Positions 56,695 through 64,000 of a stretch of DNA of 64,000 nucleotides are shown one piece after another. A program made the position numbers and the translations under genes. The stretch lies in contig OZ246395.1 of the NCBI GenBank assembly GCA_965230915.1, positions 728,935-792,934 of the forward strand. Direction: 5' to 3'. The stretch's first letter is position 1. Each line of letters opens with the position of its first letter. The notes beneath the pieces are model-generated. The model was given only the letters and a program-made list of their open reading frames with translations. It had not been told where the DNA came from and did no database searches. The DNA comes from an uncultured Candidatus Saccharibacteria bacterium. Its GTDB lineage: Bacteria > Patescibacteriota > WWE3 > 2-01-FULL-39-13.

Positions 56695-59600
56695 TTATTC
56701 TTCTCCCTCACTAATTCTTGCGTCTTCTCCTACTGGGATTCGACGACCAATTATGACATTTTCTTTCAAACCAATCAACTCGTCTACACTTCCAGATATT
56801 GCACTGTCAGTAAGAACGCTAGCTGTTTCTTCGAATGAAGCAGCATCTAACCAGCTTTCAGACATTCTTGAAACCTTAGAAATACCAAGAAGTACTGGTT
56901 TTGCTTCGGCTTTTTGGCCTCCAAGCTCAGTAGCATGCATGTTTTCTTTCTCAATCTTATAGGTTGTTACGATATCTCCTGGTAGTAAGTTAGTGTCTCC
57001 AGCTGTCTTAACTTTGACTCTGTTAAACATTTGGCGGACGATAACTTCGATGTGTTTGTCATCGATAGATACTCCTTGTGATCCATAAACTGCCTGAACT
57101 TCATCTACGATGTAAAGCTGTGTTTCACGAGCTCCACGTGTCTTGTAGATATCTTGTAAGTTTAACGAACCTTCTGTTAATCTGGTTCCTTCAGATACTA
57201 GATCCCCTGATTGAACTACTAATTCTACGGTTGGATCCAATTTAATGATTTGATCTTCGATATCTTTATCATCTGACTCGATTACAAGTTTGATATGATC
57301 TTCCTCTTCGTCGATAATAACTTTTCCGGTTACCATTGCGATCACACCTTCGCTCTTAGGCTTACGTACTTCGAATAATTCTTCGATACGAGGCAAACCT
57401 TGAGTAATGTTTTGAGCAGCAATACCTCCAGAGTGGAAGGTCTTCATTGTAAGCTGTGTTCCAGGTTCTCCAATTGATTGAGCTGCAACAATACCTACTG
57501 CTGATCCAACTTTTACTGACTGGTCAGTAGAAAGATCGGTTCCATAACATTTTGCACAAGTTCCATATTTAGTCTTGCAAGCAAGTACCGATCTAATTTT
57601 GACGTGATCTAAAGTAGATTCGTTTACAGCTTTTGCAACTTCTGCGCTAATTATTTCCCCTTTCTTTGTTAAAGTTTCACCGTTTACCACAACGTCTTCC
57701 ATTGCGTATCTTCCGGTTAATCTCTTGTACCATGGATTCAATAAAGTATCCTGACCTCTTGAGATTATTCTTCCTTCTTTAGTTCCACAGTCTTCCTGAC
57801 GAACCATTACATCTTGAGAAACGTTTACAAGACGGCGGGTTAGATAACCTGCATCAGCAGTTCCAAGACCTTTGTCCATGTATGTTCTACGAACGGCTCT
57901 TCCAGTTAAGAAGTAGTCGAAGCTAGACATACCGTTTGCATAGTTTCCAAGAATCGGAAGGTCTAAGATTTTTCCGAATGGGTCAGCAACTAATCCTTTA
58001 ACCGCTGAAATCTGTCTCATTGATGTTGCAGAAGCTTTACCAGCTCCGGCGGTGATAATGATATTTGCTGGGTTTTCAGCAGTCATATATCCCAAAATAT
58101 TTGAGTCAAATTTTTCGATCGCAGATTCCCATGTTCTTCTTGTAAGCTTGCTCATTTCTGATTTAGTTATAAGACCCATGTTGTAGTTCTGCTCAATTTG
58201 ATTCATTTCGTCAAATCCTGCCTGTAGCACAGCTTCCAAATCAACTGGTTTTACACAGTCGAAAATAGAGATCGAGATACCTGATGTTGTTGAATACTTG
58301 AATCCCAAGTATTTCAAACTGTCGATAAGTTCTACAGTTCTAGCAACTCCGGCCAAATCTAGTGAATCTCTTATCAAATTCTTAACAACTCCTTTTGATA
58401 AAGGTTTATTTATAAATCCTAATTCTTCAGGAATAAAGTTATTTAAAATAACTTGACCTGCAGTTGTTTCGATAATTTTTCCATTTATTTCAGCTCTTAA
58501 GGACTGTCTTAAATGAATAGCATTATTTCCATGAGCTTTTAATACTTCATCTGCATCAGAAAATACTGATTTAGAAGGAGCTATTTCGGTATTAATACTT
58601 GTTAAATAGTAAAGCCCAAGCACCATTTCGTGTGATGGAATAGTCATAACTGATCCATCTGCTGGCTTCAACATATTCTTTGTTGAAATCATTAAATCAT
58701 AAGCTTCTTGAACAGCTTTTTCTGATAAAGGTAAGTGAACAGCCATCTGGTCACCATCGAAGTCAGCGTTAAATCCGGCAACAACAACTGGGTGCAACTC
58801 TATAGCTTTACCATTTGTTAATTTAGGCTTGAAAGCCTGAATGCTCAATCTATGCAATGTAGGAGCACGATTTAGAAGTACTGGTCTTTTTGCGACTAAT
58901 TCTTCTAATATTGTGTAAACTTCTCCTGGTTTTTGATCAAGAACAGTTTTTGCTGTCTTCATATTTGGAGCATAACCACGCGCCATAATTTCACGGATCA
59001 AGAATGGTCTGAATAACTCAAGAGCCATTTCAGTTGGAAGTCCGCATTCGTCCATCTTTAATGAAGGACCAGAAACGATAACGGCACGACCTGAGTAGTC
59101 GACACGTTTTCCAAGCAAGTTTGCTCTAAAGTATCCTTGTTTACCTTTGATTGAATCAGCAAGTGATCTATAAGTCTTTCGATCTCTTGTTCGACTTCTT
59201 CTAACTTTTGAAGAGTCGATAAGAGCATCAACAGCTTCTTGAAGCATACGTTTTTCGTTTCTAACGATAATATCTGGAGCTCCAAGATCTAAAAGTCTTT
59301 TTAGACGATTATTTCTGTTAATAATTCTTCTGTATAAATCATTAAGATCTGATGTTGCAAATCTTCCACCTTCAAGCATAACCATAGGTCTAAGATCTGG
59401 TGGTATAACTGGAAGTTGGGTTACGACCATTGATTTTGGATCGATTCCACCTTTAATAATGTTATCTACAACTTTTAATCTCTTTCTTACTTTATCTGCC
59501 TTTGTTGATTTAGCTGTTACAAGTTCTTCTCGAAGTTCTGTTGCCAATTTGTTGACATCTAATTGCTCAAGAATTGTTTTTACAGCTTCAGCTCCAATTT

Positions 59601-60399
59601 TAGCTTCGCAAAATTCATCTAGGAATTCTTCTAACTCTAGATATTCACGGTCATTCATAACTGTATGAAGTTCGACTTCTTGAAGTTTCTTGAAGATCTT
59701 TCTTACTTCAAATTCAGCTTTTTCTAATCTAGAAGCTTCTTTTGCTCTGATTTCTTCAATCTTATCGTTAGCTTTTGATCTTATAGATTTAGCTTTTGTT
59801 GTTAATTCAGAATCCCATTTATCTTCTGCATCTGGTGAAAGTGACTTAACTTTCTTTTCAGCGTCTTCTGATAAAGTGGCAATTTCATATTCGATATTTT
59901 CCTTTTCTCTGTCTCTTCCTTTTATTATTTGGTCGTCAACAGTTTCTAAAAGATTTTTCTTTGCATCGTAGTCGATATCAGTAATTACGAATGATGAGAA
60001 GTAAATTACTAATTCTAAACTTCTTGGAGCAATTCCTAATAGGGTTGCCAATACTGATGGAATATTCTTGAAAAACCATACGTGAGCAACTGGTGATGCA
60101 AGTTCAATGTGTCCCATTCTTTCTCTTCTAACTTTAGAAGTAGTAACTTGGACTCCACAGCGATCGCAAACAACGCCCTTGTATCTGATTCTCTTATATT
60201 TTCCACAGTAACATTCGTAATCTTTTACAGGTCCGAATATTTTTTCACAGAACAAACCATCCTTTTCTGGTTTGAAAGTTCTGTAGTTAATTGTTTCTGG
60301 TTTTGTAACTTCACCATATGACCAGCTCAATACTTCTTCAGGTGAGGCTAAAGAAATCTTTAAAGCATCTATGTCTCTTAGTTGATTAAGATCTACCAT
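56695..60399 (-). CDS. rpoC: RNA polymerase beta' subunit
   Basis: [42 protein letters not shown]. Confidence 0.99.
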   Translation of the reverse strand: MVDLNQLRDIDALKISLASPEEVLSWSYGEVTKPETINYRTFKPEKDGLFCEKIFGPVKDYECYCGKYKRIRYKGVVCDRCGVQVTTSKVRRERMGHIELASPVAHVWFFKNIPSVLATLLGIAPRSLELVIYFSSFVITDIDYDAKKNLLETVDDQIIKGRDREKENIEYEIATLSEDAEKKVKSLSPDAEDKWDSELTTKAKSIRSKANDKIEEIRAKEASRLEKAEFEVRKIFKKLQEVELHTVMNDREYLELEEFLDEFCEAKIGAEAVKTILEQLDVNKLATELREELVTAKSTKADKVRKRLKVVDNIIKGGIDPKSMVVTQLPVIPPDLRPMVMLEGGRFATSDLNDLYRRIINRNNRLKRLLDLGAPDIIVRNEKRMLQEAVDALIDSSKVRRSRTRDRKTYRSLADSIKGKQGYFRANLLGKRVDYSGRAVIVSGPSLKMDECGLPTEMALELFRPFLIREIMARGYAPNMKTAKTVLDQKPGEVYTILEELVAKRPVLLNRAPTLHRLSIQAFKPKLTNGKAIELHPVVVAGFNADFDGDQMAVHLPLSEKAVQEAYDLMISTKNMLKPADGSVMTIPSHEMVLGLYYLTSINTEIAPSKSVFSDADEVLKAHGNNAIHLRQSLRAEINGKIIETTAGQVILNNFIPEELGFINKPLSKGVVKNLIRDSLDLAGVARTVELIDSLKYLGFKYSTTSGISISIFDCVKPVDLEAVLQAGFDEMNQIEQNYNMGLITKSEMSKLTRRTWESAIEKFDSNILGYMTAENPANIIITAGAGKASATSMRQISAVKGLVADPFGKILDLPILGNYANGMSSFDYFLTGRAVRRTYMDKGLGTADAGYLTRRLVNVSQDVMVRQEDCGTKEGRIISRGQDTLLNPWYKRLTGRYAMEDVVVNGETLTKKGEIISAEVAKAVNESTLDHVKIRSVLACKTKYGTCAKCYGTDLSTDQSVKVGSAVGIVAAQSIGEPGTQLTMKTFHSGGIAAQNITQGLPRIEELFEVRKPKSEGVIAMVTGKVIIDEEEDHIKLVIESDDKDIEDQIIKLDPTVELVVQSGDLVSEGTRLTEGSLNLQDIYKTRGARETQLYIVDEVQAVYGSQGVSIDDKHIEVIVRQMFNRVKVKTAGDTNLLPGDIVTTYKIEKENMHATELGGQKAEAKPVLLGISKVSRMSESWLDAASFEETASVLTDSAISGSVDELIGLKENVIIGRRIPVGEDARISEGEE

Positions 60400-60400
60400 T

Positions 60401-63400
60401 TTATTGATCCTCCATAGGACCTTCGTCCGAACTATCTACTAAATTTGCGTCTTCGTCTGTTTTACCAAATTCATCGTCTAAATCTTCTGCGTCATCCTTT
60501 TCTTCTTCTACATCTTCATCATCGACTGGATCTTCAGGCATATCTTCTGGATCGATAACAACTGCTTCTTCATCTAATAACGCATCGATATCACCCGAAT
60601 CTCTTCTATCGCCACCACCTGTTCCGATTGGTGTAATAGCAAGAATCAATCCATTTAATTGACGTACTAAAAGTTTGAATGACTCTGGAACATGTGATTC
60701 CGGAATCGGCAATCCTTTAATAATTGACTGGAATGCAACATATCTTCCTTTAATATCGTCTGATTTAATTGTTAGCATTTCGTGTAACAATTCTGCAGCT
60801 CCATATGCTTCAAGAGCCCAAACTTCCATTTCTCCAAATCTCTGCCCTCCTTGCTGAGCTTTACCTCCGAGAGGCTGCTGAGTGATAAGTGAGTATGGAC
60901 CTGTTGAACGGGCATGGATCTTTTCTTCGGCCATATGGTGCAATTTATAGATATAAATTGTTCCGACAGCGACTTCTTGATCAAATGGCTCGCCATTTGT
61001 TCCGTCATAAAGAATAGTTTTTCCGTGCTCTGGAAGTCCAGCAGCTTTAAGTTCACTTGCGATTATTTCGCGAGAAACTTTAGTAAATGGATTAATTGCA
61101 TATTTTGTTCCTGATTTGTAACCGGCCCATCCTAAGTGAGATTCAAGAATGTTACCGATGTTCATACGACCAAGAATTGAAGCTGGCGAAATGATAACGT
61201 CAACAGTTGTTCCATCTGCCAAATGTGGCATATCTTCTTCCGCAACGATTTTCGCGATAACTCCTTTCTGACCATGTCTATTTGAAAGTTTGTCTCCGGT
61301 TGTGATTCTTCTGTATTCAGCAACTTTTACATTAACTTCCTGTAGGACACCTTTGGCCATTTGTTCTTTGTCTTTTGGTGTTAAAACACTTACTCCGATA
61401 ACAACTCCTGATCTACCGTGCTGTAATCTTAATGAGTTATCTCTAACTTCTTGAATCTTTTCTCCAAATACAGCTCTTAAAAGTCTTTCTTCTGCTGACA
61501 ATTCTGATTGTCCTTTAGGCGCAATCTTACCGACAAGAATGTCTCCAGCTTTTACCTGTGAACCGATCGCAACGATACCATCAGTTCCAAGATTTCTTAA
61601 TGAATCTTCTGAAACGTTAGGAATATCATTTGTCAAAAGTTCTGGTCCAAGCTTGGTTTCCATAACTTGTAATGTGTAATCTGAAATGTTGATTGAAGAT
61701 AAAAGATCTTCTTTAACAACACGGTCTGACAAAATGAAAGCGTCTTCAAAGTTAAACCCTTTGTAGCTCATATAGGCGACACGAAGGTTTGTTCCAAGTG
61801 CCAGCTCTCCATTTCTTGATGAAGGACCTTCAGCTAATAGATCACCTTTTTTGACTTTATCGCCAGTTTTTACAGTTGGAACCTGTGTGTAACAAGAATC
61901 CATGTTTGACTGCACAAAGTTGATAAGGTTGTATTCGTATTTGCCTTTTTTACCTACTAATACGATCCTAGTAGCATCTGCAAAATCGATTGTTCCAGCT
62001 TCTTCTGCACGAATTGTTAATCCTGCGCTGTCAGACATGTATTCTTCTAAACCTGTACCGATAATTGGCTCTTCTGGTTTAACAAGTGGAACTGCCTGTG
62101 ATGATTGTTGTGCAGTAATAAGAGCACGAGCAACGTCATCATTAGCAATAAATGGAATTAATGCTGTTGAAGCTCCAAGAATTTGCTGTGGAGCAATTTC
62201 GATGTAGTCAGCCATTTCTGTAGCTGCCATAAAGAATTCTCCAGCTTTTCTCATTGGGATTCTTTCTGATTTTATAAATCCTTTGTCGTCGATTTCGATA
62301 TCTCCACCAGCTACTGCAACATTGTCTTCATCGTAAGCAGCTAAGTAGTCGATTTTGTCTGTTACTCTGACTTTTCCGTCTTTTTTCTCGAGCTTTGCAT
62401 ATGGAGTTTCGATGAATCCAAATTTATTTACACGAGCGTAAAGCGCTAAGTAAGTAACAAGACCGATGTTTCCTCCTTCTGGAGATCTAATAACGTCGAT
62501 TTTTCCGTAGTGGCTTGGGTGAGCATCACGAACAAAGTAGCTTGCGCGTTCTCTGGTTAATCCACCTTTACCCATAACTGATAAACGTCTTTTGTGGTCT
62601 AAAGCATCTAGTGGATTAAATTCACCCAATAATTGAGCCAATTGTCCTGATGACAAGAAAGAAATAATTCTTGCAGATACTGGTCTTGGTGAAATCAAAG
62701 CTGTTGGAGCTGGCAATTTTTCTCTTGGTTGAAGCGCCATCTTTTCACGAGCTAATCTTTCTAATTGATAGAAGCCGTATCTCATTTCTGACTGTAGAAG
62801 TTCTCCTACTGATCTTATTCTTCTATTTGCTAAGTTATCAATATCATCTCTATGGTAACCCTCATCTCTTTGACCAAGATGAACTATATATTTTATAATT
62901 TCGACCAAATCTTGCTTCTGTAATCCCCAGTATTTTTCTTCGTTTGGAAGATCGATTCCAAGTTTTTTGTTAACTTTGAATCTTCCGACATCTCCGAGAG
63001 AATATCTCTTTGAATTGAAGAACATGTTGTCGATAAGAGCCTGAGCTCCATCTAAAACAGCTGGTTCTCCAGGTCTCATATTCTTGTAAATTTGAAGTAC
63101 AGCTTCGTTGTAGTTGGTTGAAGGGTCTTTATCCAATGTTCTTGTGATCATTGAATTTGTGACATCTTTAACGTCTTTTTCGAAAGCTTTTAAAATTTCT
63201 TCGTTGGTTTCTAAACCGAAGACTCTTAATAGGGTTGTTATTGGGAATTTTCTTTTTCTATCAATTCTTACGCTAATAACACCATGTTTATTAGTTTCAA
63301 TATCAATCCAGGCTCCGGTCTTTGGCAAAATTTTCGCACTTGGAAGAGCAGCTCCTGACGGATCTTCTTCAACATCAAAAAACACGCCTTGTGCGCGTGC

Positions 63401-63781
63401 TAATTGGTTAATAACAACTTTTGGAACTCCGTTAACGATGAAAACTCCGTCGTCGGTCATTATAGGGAAATCTCCCATATAAATCTCTTCGCGCTTTTCT
63501 TGCTTGGTTCCAACTTTAGTTAAAGTTGCGGTTATATACCAAGGAGCATCGTAAGACAAACCTTTTTCGTTAGCGTCTGCTACGGTTCGATTTGGTTTAT
63601 CGACTCTTGGATTACTAAATGATAACGCCCAGCCTCTGCCGGTTGTATCGTGGATTTCGCCAACTTCTCGAAGGGTTTCATTTATGCCCTCTTTTATGAG
63701 CCAGTTGAAGGAATCTAATTGTATTGTTATTGGGTTTGGCAGTGGGAATTCGACGTTTGGTTTAGAGAAGGATTTTCTCAT
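60401..63781 (-). CDS. rpoB: RNA polymerase beta subunit with an acidic C-terminal tail
   Basis: DDIDNLANRRIR, HKRRLS, GDK..RHG.KGV, GGQRFGEMEVWALEAYG. Confidence 0.99.
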   Translation of the reverse strand: MRKSFSKPNVEFPLPNPITIQLDSFNWLIKEGINETLREVGEIHDTTGRGWALSFSNPRVDKPNRTVADANEKGLSYDAPWYITATLTKVGTKQEKREEIYMGDFPIMTDDGVFIVNGVPKVVINQLARAQGVFFDVEEDPSGAALPSAKILPKTGAWIDIETNKHGVISVRIDRKRKFPITTLLRVFGLETNEEILKAFEKDVKDVTNSMITRTLDKDPSTNYNEAVLQIYKNMRPGEPAVLDGAQALIDNMFFNSKRYSLGDVGRFKVNKKLGIDLPNEEKYWGLQKQDLVEIIKYIVHLGQRDEGYHRDDIDNLANRRIRSVGELLQSEMRYGFYQLERLAREKMALQPREKLPAPTALISPRPVSARIISFLSSGQLAQLLGEFNPLDALDHKRRLSVMGKGGLTRERASYFVRDAHPSHYGKIDVIRSPEGGNIGLVTYLALYARVNKFGFIETPYAKLEKKDGKVRVTDKIDYLAAYDEDNVAVAGGDIEIDDKGFIKSERIPMRKAGEFFMAATEMADYIEIAPQQILGASTALIPFIANDDVARALITAQQSSQAVPLVKPEEPIIGTGLEEYMSDSAGLTIRAEEAGTIDFADATRIVLVGKKGKYEYNLINFVQSNMDSCYTQVPTVKTGDKVKKGDLLAEGPSSRNGELALGTNLRVAYMSYKGFNFEDAFILSDRVVKEDLLSSINISDYTLQVMETKLGPELLTNDIPNVSEDSLRNLGTDGIVAIGSQVKAGDILVGKIAPKGQSELSAEERLLRAVFGEKIQEVRDNSLRLQHGRSGVVIGVSVLTPKDKEQMAKGVLQEVNVKVAEYRRITTGDKLSNRHGQKGVIAKIVAEEDMPHLADGTTVDVIISPASILGRMNIGNILESHLGWAGYKSGTKYAINPFTKVSREIIASELKAAGLPEHGKTILYDGTNGEPFDQEVAVGTIYIYKLHHMAEEKIHARSTGPYSLITQQPLGGKAQQGGQRFGEMEVWALEAYGAAELLHEMLTIKSDDIKGRYVAFQSIIKGLPIPESHVPESFKLLVRQLNGLILAITPIGTGGGDRRDSGDIDALLDEEAVVIDPEDMPEDPVDDEDVEEEKDDAEDLDDEFGKTDEDANLVDSSDEGPMEDQ

Positions 63782-63789
63782 TTATATTT

Positions 63790-63970
63790 ATTGGTAGCAC
63801 CTAAATACTGAATAAAATGCCTAAAAATAGCTACTTTTTGGGCACTTTGTCCGCACGGAAAATTGCGTGGATACGCACTAACACACATAAAAGACAACAA
63901 CGAGCATATATCAGCCCGCTATTTTATTTAGCTTTTTTGATGAATCTTTTATCTACGTCAGTGCTACCTT
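63790..63970 (-). promoter_or_regulatory. structured rpoB 5' leader (candidate cis-regulatory RNA)
   Basis: 20-nt stem 63945-63964 / 63875-63894 with G.U pairs on the minus strand, several sub-hairpins, and an alternative GGTAGCAC/GTGCTACC pairing. Confidence 0.55.
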
Positions 63971-64000
63971 ACGCGTACGCAAATATAACAACACATACCT

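Noticed and set aside
60401-60610. Acidic low-complexity RpoB tail and Lys/Ala-rich tails on L17 and L22
   Set aside because: Such terminal extensions are common, and I see no specific motif in them
33285-63781. Numerous short plus-strand ORFs antisense to ribosomal and RNAP genes
   Set aside because: Shadow ORFs of strongly conserved minus-strand genes, with no independent motifs
1-64000. Alternative genetic code (UGA=Gly, as in Gracilibacteria/Absconditabacteria)
   Set aside because: Long conserved genes translate uninterrupted in code 11, and TGA terminates genes such as the rsmF-like methylase and alkA

Overview
AT-rich bacterial chromosome segment in standard code 11, most consistent with a Patescibacteria (CPR) genome: rpmD/L30 is missing between rpsE and rplO and there are few metabolic genes. 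The right half (33.2-64 kb, minus strand) is the rpoB-rpoC-rpsL-rpsG / fusA-tuf / S10-spc-alpha-rplM-rpsI supercluster, with four genes inserted between rpsG and fusA. The left half has tRNA/rRNA modification genes (miaA, miaB, dusB, an RsmF-like methylase), envelope proteins, two tRNAs (Ser-GGA, Pro-GGG) and several orphans. Top candidates for new biology: (1) a membrane-anchored alpha-2-macroglobulin with an intact CMEQ thioester whose bait region is occupied by an intein-like Hint domain, coupled to an exported MEMO-like protein; (2) a two-hairpin RNA motif repeated in front of rplC, rplB and rpsE; (3) a DCD-domain/nuclease fusion beside tRNA-Ser; (4) a switch-like rpoB leader; (5) pervasive leaderless gene starts, contrasting with scattered SD-led orphan cassettes that end in long hairpins; (6) unusually eroded core motifs in RNA polymerase and in ribosomal proteins L2, L3, S3 and S5. 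All family calls come from reading motifs by eye; no database search was run.
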